Of a stretch of 64,000 nucleotides of DNA, positions 1-12,959 are shown piece after piece (position 1 is the first letter of the stretch; each line of letters starts with the position of its first letter). The DNA is taken from the NCBI GenBank assembly GCA_048013815.1, contig CM106586.1, positions 3,782,001-3,846,000 of the forward strand, written 5' to 3'. Below the pieces are notes generated by a model. It was not told where the DNA came from, made no database searches, and worked only from the letters and a program-made list of their open reading frames with translations. The position numbers and the translations under genes were made by a program. This DNA is from Setoptus koraiensis. Lineage: Eukaryota > Animalia > Arthropoda.

Positions 1-2015
1 CTTAAAGTTCAACAGAAAATAAAACTCTCATGAAGGGCAAACACGTGTTATGTTATTCGCACATCAGACATTATCGGCAGATACTAAAGAGCAAGGTTTT
101 AAGGGAGAAAAAACAAACCATGGAATTAAAACGAGCCACAGTCAGACGAAATGCAGGCTGAGAGTATCAAAGAGGGACAACTTCGGAAAGAGCGAGAGAA
201 TCGTGGGGGAGGAGGTTTCATTGAGGAAGGTACTACATCCAACGGAAACTATACACAAACTAATACTATTACATATATTACCATATATTACCATTATTGC
301 TATTACATAGCAACGCAATAATGGGACCTACGACTGTATCCTGGTCACATCAATAAGTCTGCTTGATACACTTAACGCGCTAGTCAGTATCCATTGAAAC
401 GAATCAAGTTTCGAATCAAATGAGCACAACTGAAATCAATTTGATGTCTCATGTTGTATAATAAAAGGGATTATCATTTCGGCGAAGTAACGACTACGAT
501 AAAACGCACAAACAACGAATAAAGTCTCAACAAAACAGAAATGTAGGTCTGGTCAGCAAGGACTCGGCGTGTGTCCTTCTTGATATCTCTACGAAGCTAA
601 CACGCATTGTTTCATCATTTTACCATTATTTCATCATAAACGTCATCGTCATCGTCATTGGCTCTGATTTGTTGTTTGTTTCAGATGAATGGACACCCTG
701 TTGATTTGTAATGTGATCACAAAATCAATCCAATCAAGTCAACTTTTTTTCCTACCCTCTCTAGCACTGATGTAGTTCTTTGTTAAGACGCGCATCACGT
801 CATTGATGATAGTACTGCATGGTATCACAAGTTGTTGGCTATCGTATGGAATAATTTGATCCGTATCTTAGATCAAGTTGATAGATGGTTTGACATTGAT
901 TCAAATATTTCTTTTTGGCGTTTTATAACGTTAATAATAATAATAATAATGATTGTTGTTATTATTATCAGTGATAATCAGTTGCTTGCCAGGCACACGA
1001 CCGACTAACCAGACTTGTAAGCATAACAGAATAAATTGAACACCGCTCCGGCTGTTTGTCAGGCAATTTAGCTTGCGAGGTTGCCTGGTGTGTGCAATTT
1101 AAAGTTGCCTTGTTTTCACACATATATAAACACAAGCAAATATACTGTACTGGTTTGATAGCGCACAGTGTGCAACTTTGATCAGACTCGCTCGAGATTG
1201 TTACATTTGTCAGGGGGCGCTTCTTGCTGTCTTCATCATCATGTATCCCATAGGCTACAGATATGCTCCTCTGGGGTTGGGGCCATCCGGACTAGGTGAA
1301 TTCCACATTTACGTGGAGCATATTCACATTACTGAAAGGATTACTAAAACCCAAACACCGTAACTGCTTCCTCTTGAACGATGAATCTCTTGAATGCACC
1401 ATGACCAGACCACTCTGCCGGCGACTTGTCAGCTCAACCGTGTCAGTGCAGCGCCTCTGCTGGATTGTTTTTGACTCGGATGCGTTCGTTCATAAAAAAT
1501 ACACATGCTAGACACATACACACAAACAGTGTGTGCGTGTGTCTGAAATACAGGAGAGATTTGGACACAAGAGGGAACATAAGGACACACACAGATGCAT
1601 ACAACATGATGATGGTGATGATGAAGATGATGGCGAACAGATGAACGGGTACAAGTAATCGGGAATAAATAATAAATAAAACACAACAACATTGGAACTG
1701 ATATTCATATATACCGAATGGTACTGGCCTCACCATTATTATTACTGAAAATTATAATTATTATCACCATTATTGGTCTGCTTCCATTGTTGCTCACTAT
1801 TCAATACCATCAGGAATATACTGAATTTATTTTACACCCATCTTATACTCCCATCTTGAACACACACGAACATACATAACTGGTAGTTGATTATTATTAC
1901 CAATATCATTACTATTCCACCAGAAGCATATTTATTACTAACATAACACACACATAGAGAACAGAACCACTATTACTATTACTAGTATTATTACTAATAT
2001 TTATATAGTTACGAC

Positions 2016-3364
2016 ATGAAAATGGTGTTGACGGCTAGACAGCAGGAGGAACTCAATCACGCCATTGTCGAATATCTGTCCGCAAATGGATTCGATAAGA
2101 CCTGTCAATTGTTCCGTGATGAAGCCAACTTGCCAAATGAGATAGATAGTAAATTTACAGGACTACTAGAGAAAAAATGGACATCAGTCATTCGTCTACA
2201 GAAAAAAGTTATGGATCTTGAATCTAAGTTGTCCGAAGCTGAGAAAGAATTCATTGGTGGCGCACCTACTAGAGATAAACGATCACCAGTTGAGTGGATA
2301 CCCAGGCCCCCTGAACGATTTTCATTGAGAGGTCATCGTGATCCAGTTACTAGAGTAATATTTCATCCCGTTTTCAGTTTAGTTTGCTCATCTAGCGAAG
2401 ATGCCACTATTAAAATTTGGGACTATGAAACTGGTGATCACGAGAAAACATTAAAAGGTCATACAGACTCCGTGCAAGATATTGCATTCGATCCAAGTGG
2501 CAAATATCTTGCATCCTGTTCTGCTGATCTGACTGTAAAATTATGGGACTTTCAAAGCTATGAATGCGTCAGGACTATGCATGGCCATGATCATAATGTA
2601 TCATCAGTCACATTCATGCCAAGCGGTGATCATCTACTATCTTGTTCTAGAGATTGCTCACTCAAAGTATGGGAAGTGAGCTCTGGATTTTGTAAAAAAA
2701 CTTTTGTAGGTCACAATGATTGGATCAAAATGGTCCGCGTCAGCAAAGATGGTTCATTACTGGCAACATGCTCCAAAGATCATGTAAGTAACTCTCTTTT
2801 GTATCTCTGAAGGTACCAATTTATTCTTTGTTTAACATCGACCACTATTATGCTCTATTACACATTTACCGTATGCAGACAATAATTATATGGAATGCAA
2901 ATCAGAACGATTTACCCTCCTGCAACTCAAATCAAATTAAATGTACACTGAAAGATCACGATCACACAGTAGAATGTATCGCATGGGCCCCAGAGAGTGC
3001 CTTCAGCAACATCCTAGAGGCTGCTGGACCAAATTACAAAAGAGACCGTACAGGACCTTACTTGATAAGTGGATCGAGGGATAAGACAATCAAAGTTTGG
3101 GACGTTAGTGTTGGTGCTTGTTTATTCACACTCATAGGCCATGATAACTGGGTGAGAGGTGTATGCTGGCATCCTGGTGGAAAGTACATTATCAGCGTAT
3201 CAGACGACAAGACACTCAGAGTTTGGGACATAGTCAATAAGAGATGCTTCAAGACATTAGAAGCACATTCACACTTTTGTACATCCATTGACTTTCATTC
3301 CAAATCGCCTTTCGTTGCTACAGGTTCTGTGGACCAGTCCGTAAAAATATGGGAGTGCCGTTAG
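2016..3364 (+). CDS. LIS1: Lissencephaly-1 (LIS1/PAFAH1B1), LisH + coiled coil + WD40; exons 2016-2783 and 2879-3364, 417 aa
   Basis: [19 protein letters not shown] Lis[28 protein letters not shown] and C-terminal KIWECR. GTAAGT donor at 2784 and TATGCAG acceptor ending 2878 (95-nt intron) join the two ORFs in frame as SKDH|TIIIW. Confidence 0.97.
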
Positions 3365-4125
3365 TAGAGATCAATTAAAAAGAAGTTATAGTATAAATTT
3401 CTATACATTTACATGTATATATATGTATATGTATACATATATATATAACCATTATATCTATAGTTACTCATTTGTCTACTGAGGCACCTCCATAATAGAA
3501 GAGGATATAGTAGATATAGATATATAGGATACTCTATAAATATGAGTAGAGTTAAAAAGTCCTAGAAGTCGTGATGTAATTTATTAATAATGCTACTTTC
3601 AGCTTAACGCTTCTATTAAACTCTAACCGTAATGCAAGATGTAATTTTTGCGGTGCGTTGATTTGTATCCATAGCATCAGATTATCATTACTAAGTGAAT
3701 GGGCAACAATTGGTTCGAGATAATGCTCCCAATTTCGAAGGAACGTGGTAGACAAGTAGTTTGGTTTTAGGCACCTGCCAAGCAGCATTTTATTGGTCAT
3801 AATGTTTACACATTTAGTTGTCACGTCCACGTTAGCAAAAGTCTCAGGCTGAAAGTGATGAAGCCCAAGGTGAGTTTTGGTAACGTGCGTACATGAGAGA
3901 GGAATCAGCTTGCTGAAAACGGTGTCTCTCGGAGGTACAGATACCAATAACATATTGGCTGACATTCTATGAATACAAGAATGTAGACAGTTGAGATTGT
4001 AGTCGTCCGTGGCTTGGCCTAAAGGTTTTTGTTGTTTTGTATAAATCTTGAACATCGCGATATATAAATAATTTGTCCACAACTTTTTGTGATGAGAGCA
4101 AACGATATTCAAGAGGAGAGGAAGC

Positions 4126-4407
4126 TTACTTAGATCTCTCACGCATCTTCCTCCTCTTTCGCTTCAGCCTACGCATACGCTTCTTACGCCACTAAGATAG
4201 TCAGACCATTTAACATCGATATAGATAGACATGATGATTAGGACAATTGAATGTGATAGAGACAGACAGGGATAATTGGGGTTAGGTTAGAAAAGTGAAT
4301 TATGACGTTGTGAGTGACGAATAGGCGACATTAGCTGATTGGGGCCGACATGCCCGATTAGGTAATAAAATGTTTGGGGATCGAAAAAATCTTACCTTGG
4401 CTCTCAT
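4126..4407 (-). CDS. RPL41: 60S ribosomal protein L41 (eL41), 25 aa; exons 4407-4396 and 4191-4126
   Basis: Manual minus-strand reading: ATG AGA GCC AAG|gtaag ... ctatcttag|TGG CGT AAG ... AAG TAA gives [25 protein letters not shown]. The intron is 204 nt. Too short for the ORF track. Confidence 0.97.
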
Positions 4408-6045
4408 ATTAATTTACTGTGATTTATCGGATCGATTTAGGCCAGTCCCAGATGGTTAGTAGATTATCTTTGGGTCAAATTAATATTTTACTTTCCTCCA
4501 GAAATTAATCTCGAACAGGCGAGACACGATGAAACAATGGTACTGATACTTTCAGTGTGCAAGCATTTATATATTTTCCTACCGAGAGAACAGCATGCAC
4601 ACACATTCACACACCACACAAGAACGAAATTTTCATTTTAGAATTGAGCTTCATGTTAGACAGTCGCACCAATAAGTAAAAGCGTCCAAAAGTGACACAC
4701 AGACGACTAGACTATCTGCACTAAAAGTTGCTTGTGCCGGACGTACTAGTCCAAGGCAACAAAAGAATCTGCGCATGCGTCAAATCTTAAGAGCGCTAAA
4801 TACAAGTCAAAAGTTTTCGATTTTGCCAGATATCCGAGGAGGATTTCCTCAGTCGTTCGAATGAATTAAGATTTACGATTTTACGAAGTGGCAAATACCC
4901 ACCAATCGAGAAGAAAAAGATCAGGATATTTCGCCTCGACTCGCAAAGCTGCCGGCCTTGCCGAATGTTCTGTCGATCGCACTCTCGAAAAGAGCAAACC
5001 GTATCGATAGGGAACATGTACCTGCACTATGGTTTGTTTGAACGTGGCTCGCCATGAGCTTGCTATTGATTTTGTCACCAACATTCTTTCTGTTGCAAAT
5101 CTAGATGGCGTAGTCAGTCAGAGAAAATCCGCCGTTTTGTATCCGTGGCTAGAGCTAAAACATGCCAATTGTCTGCTAATTGTCTTGGAACCTGTCGAAT
5201 AGAGATGGAAACGCACCACTCATTTTTATGCCGAACTCACCGACAAAACTTTGCATGTGATATTATGTATGCGTATGTATGCATAATTAGGTTCCTTAAA
5301 GCACTGGAGCTCAAGGATGACTAGTTTTATGATGGCTTATGGTTGCTAATTGTTATTAGTGTCACATGAGTGGCCACAGATTGAACCGTATTCTGAGCGG
5401 AAGAGCGAAAATGATGGAAGAATCTACTCGGAAAACTTTGTCGGACATAAAGAGTCAGTCGCTGTTGAGTAAAGCTATTGAAATGTTTGATCGAGCAGAC
5501 TGATACATTGTCAGTCGATGTTGTGATAGTTACACGATATTCGTCAAATAAGGCGTCTTGTCAGATCACAGCGAAAAAATATTGAACAATTCGCAAGGAT
5601 GAATAGTAATTTGAATAAAAATATCAATAATAGTTTTGCTGGACGACTTGGCATCGCCAAGAGTTCTCATACTTCCCATATGAGAACTCTATGGGTTTGC
5701 TGCAAACGAACAGTTTTGGCTGCAAACATCGCAAATGATGCACGATATTGTCATAACGGAAGTGCAGTAGATTCGACCATTGTCGACGCGTTGTCATGTG
5801 TCTGACCAGTTTGTATAGCTTCCTCTCTGAGAGATTCAATTCCACGCAATATCAGCTACATACATACATATGTTTCTATATCACAAAATTCTTTTCGTTT
5901 CTCTAGTTGCAGTCATCAGTATGTATTCAAAATATTTCACGGAGCCCTTGCGCGACTTTATTGAAATTTCTGCCATAGAATCCTAAATTAGGTTAACATT
6001 CTTTTGTGGAACATAGTGTCATATAAAACATCAGACATCGTCATC

Positions 6046-6349
6046 AAGACTGCAAAAAGCTAGCCAGACAACAACTCAATCGGCATGAAGAAAAGACAAT
6101 ACTGTCCGGGTACAGTGGCACTAAAAGATATTAAAAGATTACAGAGCACCACAGATCTTCTCATACCTCCGACAAGATTGATGAAATAATTCAAGACAGC
6201 AGGGCCACAAGTTATCAATCTTGAATAGTAGTGTTATTAGCCCTACAGGAGGCATGCGAATCTCAATTGGTTAGCCTGTTCGCGGACACTGAAAACTGTT
6301 GCTGAGAGAGTTACTATCATGCGAAGAGACCTGTTTGGCCAAACGAATT
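6046..6349 (+). pseudogene. Decayed, divergent histone H3-family gene
   Basis: Fragments in shifting frames: KTAKS*, MKKRQYCPGTVALKDIKRLQSTTDLLIP, DEIIQDSRATSYQS*IVVLLALQEACESQLVSLFADT, RVTIMRRDL, LAKRI. They are collinear with the H3 histone fold but carry stops, frameshifts and deletions. Confidence 0.85.
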
Positions 6350-9300
6350 TGCAACTAACGTTGATACCATATACATCTTGTAGTCAGAAAGAAATGACTA
6401 TTTACGCTTTCCAAATTTTATCGGATTTGAACTTGTGGCGAGATTAATTTCAGGAGCAAAATTCAGAGAGATATTTTAATGATATATACATCTTTATTAT
6501 TGATGAGGCAATTATTTAGGAAAAGTCCATATTACGATGGTTGAACAAGTGTCAATAATAAAGGTTTGCAACACAGTTGGGATCGGTCAATATGGAATGA
6601 AATCAGATATTTGTCTCATCGACTGTGAAGTTCTTTCAATTGGTTTATACCTTGGACTGTAGAAGAGTTATTATTCCATGGCATCAAGTCAACGATATTA
6701 AGCTGATCATTTCCGTTTCTGTGTCTAATGAGTGTAGGTGGGATGTTTTGATTAGAGTAGACTGAAGTTACAATATATCCCGGACAGATGCGCTTGTGAT
6801 TGGTGTAGTCAATCGACATTGTGATCTTGTTCTGTAATAATTTGATGCGAATTCTCTTTTCGACTGAGGATCTTTTTACGAAAACAATGGTTAAAAACTG
6901 TATGTTTTTTTTTCTAACGGAATCGATTGATTGTTTGATACCGTGTGGTGGTTATTTATAGTGAGAAGATTGATGAAACATATTCAGCATATTGCTGGAT
7001 TTGTTTATCTACCTTTGCTTTTTAATCAGCATACAATGCTTGCGTGAGTAATTGTGTTTTGACATCTTCAAAGTACTAACTTTCTTGTTACTTAATAGCG
7101 CCTCCTTTACAGTACAAAGTAAATAGAAATTGCGAAACTTGTTATTTGTATAACTACTCTCTTAAAATTACTGGTAAGTGGAGTTCAAATCGACATAATT
7201 ATGGTTGTGAAACCGGTGATAAATATAAGTGATCAACTGTGGTTAAAGTTGCCTTCACATAATGTTGTTGAGTCAAAGTATTTGTGCCGCATTTATCTCT
7301 CACTCTCGACGTCAAAACACCTTTCAAAAATCCAATTAGCAACTCAAGCAAATTCTGTGATCTTAAATGATACTTGTCTTAGCGTGCAGTTGATACTGGC
7401 AACTGTTTTACTCTGACACAGACTCAACATGGTCGCAAGAACAGACTGACATCAATAGGCTGCCGTTTCACAACCATATTTAAGTTTGTGACAAAAGTTA
7501 GCTTGACAGCCGAGCTAACTTTTGAACTCACAGCACATGCTGGTGGGGGTTTGGATCTGATTCATTGCTTAGAAATTTCGCGTCGATGGCAGAATACTTG
7601 TGTACATTTCATGCACGTATAATTTAATGCTGGAGATACTTTTATTCTTTACTATGAGACAAGATGGAAATTTTCAAGTCTTCTCTCCTGCCTCGACAAT
7701 AATCATATCTCGAAAGATGTATTGAAACAATAGCAAGAATTATCGTCACAAAAAAGAGTTCTGAAGGATTCAGAGAACTTAGAAACAAAAAAAAATACAT
7801 GAAATCGTTGTAACGATTCTGAGAAAACAATGACCTAACTAGTCTGGTTAACTTATCCGCATTGAAGAGGGTCTAGCGTGAGATGCGCCTCGTGAATCAC
7901 AAAAGATGTCACTAAATACTAGAATGAATATAATTGGAATAATTCTATGAAATGTTCCTTCTATCATGCATACTATAGATGTGCTGGTGGCGATACATTT
8001 CTATCGCATATGATTTCTGGAAATCAGTGTAAGTTGATGAAACGACCCACATTTGTATATCAATGATGTCTCAATGTGGCAACAAGACACACAATTACAT
8101 GATAATTTGTCATGATTAATCATTCTATTTAGTAGACAACATTTCGTCACATTGTTTGTCTCTTGTTCATGGAATATTGATGATTAGTGGCTTATTAGTC
8201 ATAGACGATGATAGCCAAATGGTGTTGTTGCTCTTCTCACAAAATATTAAAATATCATGTCAAGCGTATAAATGATCATTAATCACGCTTTTGTTGGTCG
8301 CGAATTCTGTATAAATCATAATGATTTGTTTGTCTGGGAAAGTTGTTGCGCATAATAAGAATGATAATTTGTTCGCACTTTCATTTCATCAGCTTCTCGC
8401 CTCTGAAACTACTAGTAGAAAAGAAATTGATGGTACTCTTCACTAGGCAGTTCACAATTATGCACCCAAACGAAACACTACTTCTAATTGATCTTACGAG
8501 CCTAGATTTCTAATGATTAACATATGTTTAGCAGTGTTTACCATCAACTAACTACACTTTTATTTAATATGCTACACACAGTGATTGATGTACTTTTTAC
8601 GCAGAATTCACAGCAACAATATTGATTCATATCATATTATCATATTATCATTGGTAATCATTGCATATTGTCTGTAAAGCTCATTTGAATATGTCGCCTG
8701 TTGTACCGGCCTCCCCTCGATGTGTATGCAAAGTATGACGACGAAGATGATCGGCTTCAGAGGGAAAGGAGCTCGAGATGAGTTCTAGAAGTGACGACAA
8801 CCCTATCACCGATAAGAAGACAGAGAGAATTGCTTTTTGTCGTCATTTCACTAAGTTGACGATACTAACTTCGACAATTAATAGCTCGGTTATCGTAGCA
8901 TGTTTTGGGCACGATTCAATTTAGTCGTTTAGCACTCATTTTCCAACCTATAAGTGTCAGTTTAGTCAAATTGTCATGATAATCGTTAAAGCTAGATTAA
9001 TAATATGGTTAAATTACGTAATTACTAAATCAGCGATCCTTCAGTTAATGGCGACTGTCTATATAGGAATAGTTGATTTCTCATTAATCTAGTAGACAGC
9101 ATAATATTCAAATGTGTCTTCGATTTAGCTCACACACGAAGTTGTTGTGTAGGCTAGTATTAACCGCCAACCGAACAATATTTCTTGATGAACACTAGTG
9201 TGTCATGTGAATGTGAGTTTCATCTGATAACTAATTAAATTGCTTCTGCATAAAACATTAATTTATCACGTTTATTTATCATTTCATATTATATCATCAT

Positions 9301-9867
9301 GCTGGTGTGAACTGACAACCGCCATACAAGCAGTCAGTAGTAGCATAGTAAGATGGATCATTAATTGTATTGTCAGACTGTGTGTATTGATTTCAGTTGG
9401 TGTAATTGGAGTTACACCATCAGACTCTAACTTTTATTGATCATTCAAGGCTGAGACAAATAATAAATGAACGATGACGATGGTGCCCGTCTAGGCGGCC
9501 TATGAGTGCCTGGCCTGACACTCTGACTGTGTGTCCATCTTGAGCCCATTTCGACACTAGATAATCTAAGCCAAATACAGAGATACAAGCCCATTTGCGC
9601 GACTTTCAGGCAATTGTGTTGCATACAAAGTAAAGTGGCGCAATCAGGTTTGCTATTATCAGCGTTCTTCTCTCATGTATCATTCTCTTATGCATCATCT
9701 GTTTATATATACAGTATATATATGTGGTGCTTGGAATGGATATTATCACCATGGTTACGATAACGCCGACGACGACGTGTGACCATTTCATTGCGTGTTT
9801 ATTATAATTATTATTATTATGATATCTCTGTTTAACTTAGTTTAGCTTAGTGTACAATAAACTAGCG

Positions 9868-9887
9868 CACTCAAGTCACCTTGAGTG
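9868..9887. promoter_or_regulatory. Inverted pair of TTGAGTG (NK-class homeodomain-like) sites
   Basis: CACTCAAG-tcac-CTTGAGTG is a perfect 8-bp inverted repeat in the long non-coding region upstream of bagpipe. Function is inferred only. Confidence 0.3.
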
Positions 9888-12874
9888 TTGCGAATCACGC
9901 TCATCCGGTTGCATAGTGTTTGGTGTTGAGCGAAATCCAGTAGTTTCGATACAATAATAATAATCATGACATTGGCTAATAAACAACCTCGACACTACTT
10001 ATCTACTACTACGGCGTTTGATACAGCACTTACCAAAGCGAGTTATTACAGGTAAGCACAATAATGATAATAATTATGAGACCAAGTTGATGTTTCTATT
10101 ATCGAATGGATCGTTTGAGATGAGATCTCTGTATATATGTGTGTGTGCATATACAAACAAATAGATAATCTGTTCAAGATTGCATATGCAGTCAGTAGAC
10201 AGGTGAATATATTCAGTCAACAGGTATGAACATCACGTATCCACTATATGGGTGGTCATCTCTAAACCATCAACAGAGTGTGGCTTTGGCCAGAGAATCT
10301 TGCGAGATGTTTAATCAACGGTAGCGAGAGTAGATAAAGAGAGATAAACGACCAGCAAGCGTGTGTTGTTTTTGGCAGTGACTACTACTGCATTTATATC
10401 TATATTCGTAAGTTTGTTGTTGCCACTGTTACCGGAGTCTCTCTCTTTTCTAAAGTCTCGACTCGTCAATTACCACGGCTATATTGGCACAACGCGATGG
10501 CTTGGTTGCCACTTTCAAAATGAGTTCAACATCAACAATCCCACTTTAAAGAGACGAACACACGGCAAGAAATTTATTATTCGTCATCATTAGCATAAAG
10601 AGATGACTTTCAGGCAACCTCACTAACTAGCCATGAGGTTGACATTTGAAGATCTTCTTCAGACTACTCACTGGGATTTACTCAGATTCGTTCTATCGAA
10701 AATCAAGTTGCGATCTAAAAACTAATTGTGTAACTCAATTGACTCTTTGATATGAATTAATACGGTATATAAATAAATAGCAGTAGCAGTAGCAGCAGCA
10801 GCAAAATAAGTAGCGTATATTTATATAATTTGTACAGTGGTGACTCAACATCAGCTCAATTCGAAACTCTCACATCGGATAGATAGAATTGACTTCGAAC
10901 AGCTCAAATTTGCAATACGAATGCACACAAGAGAATATTGTGAGATATCCATCTCTGTTGCGCTAAAGGCGGTGCCTAAATGTATGCCCAAATCAAATTA
11001 AATCGTTGCCATCGTCAGTATCGGGGATGATTGATCGCTTTTTGTTGTTGTCAGAAATGGTTGTCGTTGTTATTCATTGCTGACTGAGCTATTCTTCCCA
11101 ACTGCTCAGTGGCTTGCCTCTATTTGTGCTGCTGCTCAATTGGTAGCACCATTTAGAAAATTGCTTACTTCCAGCTCGAGTCGCTCACTCACAAAATGCT
11201 TAGCTTACTAAATATCTACCCGATTATAGCCCGATTATAGGTCCGTTAGACGCTGCTGTTGAGGCGTATAATACAGTATCAGTTATATGTATTAGTTGTA
11301 TAGTATTGCTACTATAGCTTAATGAGTCTACAACAAACTTCTCATGGTTCTATTGGTCGTGTGCCCATCATCATGGCCATTATGAAGCCACCAGTTATTA
11401 TGTAACTCATATTTGGTCGCCGTTAACGACCAATACACTACAACACGTATAAATATATATAAAGAATGCTGCATGGAAAAATACCAAATTCAGTATTTCA
11501 CTCTTTTTGCAGTATTGTCACTACTCTAACCGTTTAGTTTCGGTGTTGATAGTGTCAGTACATAGTGTAGTTCAACCGATGAAACCGGACAATACCCTGG
11601 ATCACAAAGCAGTAATTTAGGGTATCCTGGCCAACTTTTTCTAGTTTGACCGTCCGTTACCAACAGCCTCGCACATATTTGATGTGGCGTTATTAATAGC
11701 AACCACAACAACAAAATAATAACCACTCCCAATTCCCAGCACGTGCCGAGTCACGTGGCTGTGACAGTTTTTGATTGGGGCCGCTTTAGAGTGTGTACGC
11801 CCATCAAACGAAAGTACAATTGTTTTGCCAGTTCGCGCGTAATTCGCTTCTGAATGGCCCCAAAATAGGCCGCTGCCAATGTGCTAATCATGGCTTATGC
11901 TATCATGTCTCAACAGCACATCGTTAGACACACAAATCAAATTATTACTTATATAAATCCAATCTGGCTTATCCGACCAGGTAGCTACATGCGTGCATAA
12001 ATCATTGCCATCTCATCATTCCCGAGATATTCAATTGTGTTTAGCATTATTGATTAAGCATTTACTAATAGATAGCCAGTGATGAGCAGCCTCTAACAAA
12101 TGATGATACAACCAACGATGTAACAACAAATGTTTCCATGATCCCTTTGCACTGTCAACGTGCTTGGTCAATTTCGTTAGGCCTGTCCTCTGTTATGAGA
12201 GCAGGGTAACTAATGATTAGTTACTAATGCGAACACAATTGATGACAATTATCCTCATCTTGACGTTCGTTATGACAATGTTCGCTTGGACTAGAAAAGT
12301 ATCACCGATGATGCGAGGCTATAAACAAAACATAAGCCTATTAATGTGCCAGTGATAACATTGTTGTTGTTTATTTCGATCATCGTTTAGCTGGAATGGC
12401 TCGAGTTTAAGCGGCTCCATTCCATGAACGTATAATACATGATATCGGGGTCACACTCACAGACATGCACTGTGTATATTAATATCGACTGAGATATATC
12501 TGAACATATAGGAATTTGTGCATTTGCATTATGCAAGATGCAGTCTGTCTGGTGCAGGTAATCGTTACGATACAACGTCCAATTACGGCCAATGATAATC
12601 ATTAAACTAGATACAACTATTGCGACACAGATTGTCATTAATTAAACAGGTAGCGACAACTAGTGTTGCAGGAATAAAGGCGAACAAAACAAATGTATGC
12701 TGATGATCAGACGCTTGAATGGGGTTTAGTCGTTGAATTATCGGAGGTGTATGCCGTGTTTCATGTAATCCATCATGTGTTTGCGTTGCACATCTAGTTA
12801 CCAGTCGCATGTAAATATTACTTTGCTCATCCAATTGCCGAGCTATTATTATTATTGAAAGAATTTCGGTGCCC

Positions 12875-12959
12875 TAGATCGTCACAGGTCCACACAGTGC
12901 GTCACAGATCCACATAGATCGTCATGGGTCCACATAGATCGTCATGGATCTACATAGAT
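12875..12959. repeat. 20-bp minisatellite, about 4.2 degenerate copies
   Basis: Units tagatcgtcacaggtccaca / cagtgcgtcacagatccaca / tagatcgtcatgggtccaca / tagatcgtcatggatctaca / tagat start at 12875, 12895, 12915, 12935 and 12955. Confidence 0.85.

Noticed and set aside
50-1736. Short ORFs upstream of LIS1
   Set aside because: Microsatellite-derived (CA/GT, ATG/CAT, AAT) with no motifs. This is likely promoter, 5' UTR or intron sequence.
3856-3915. Box C/D snoRNA (GTGATGA...CTGA)
   Set aside because: No terminal stem, not intronic, and no identifiable rRNA guide.
12875-12959. CRISPR-like array
   Set aside because: The units are contiguous with no unique spacers, there are no cas genes, and the context is eukaryotic.
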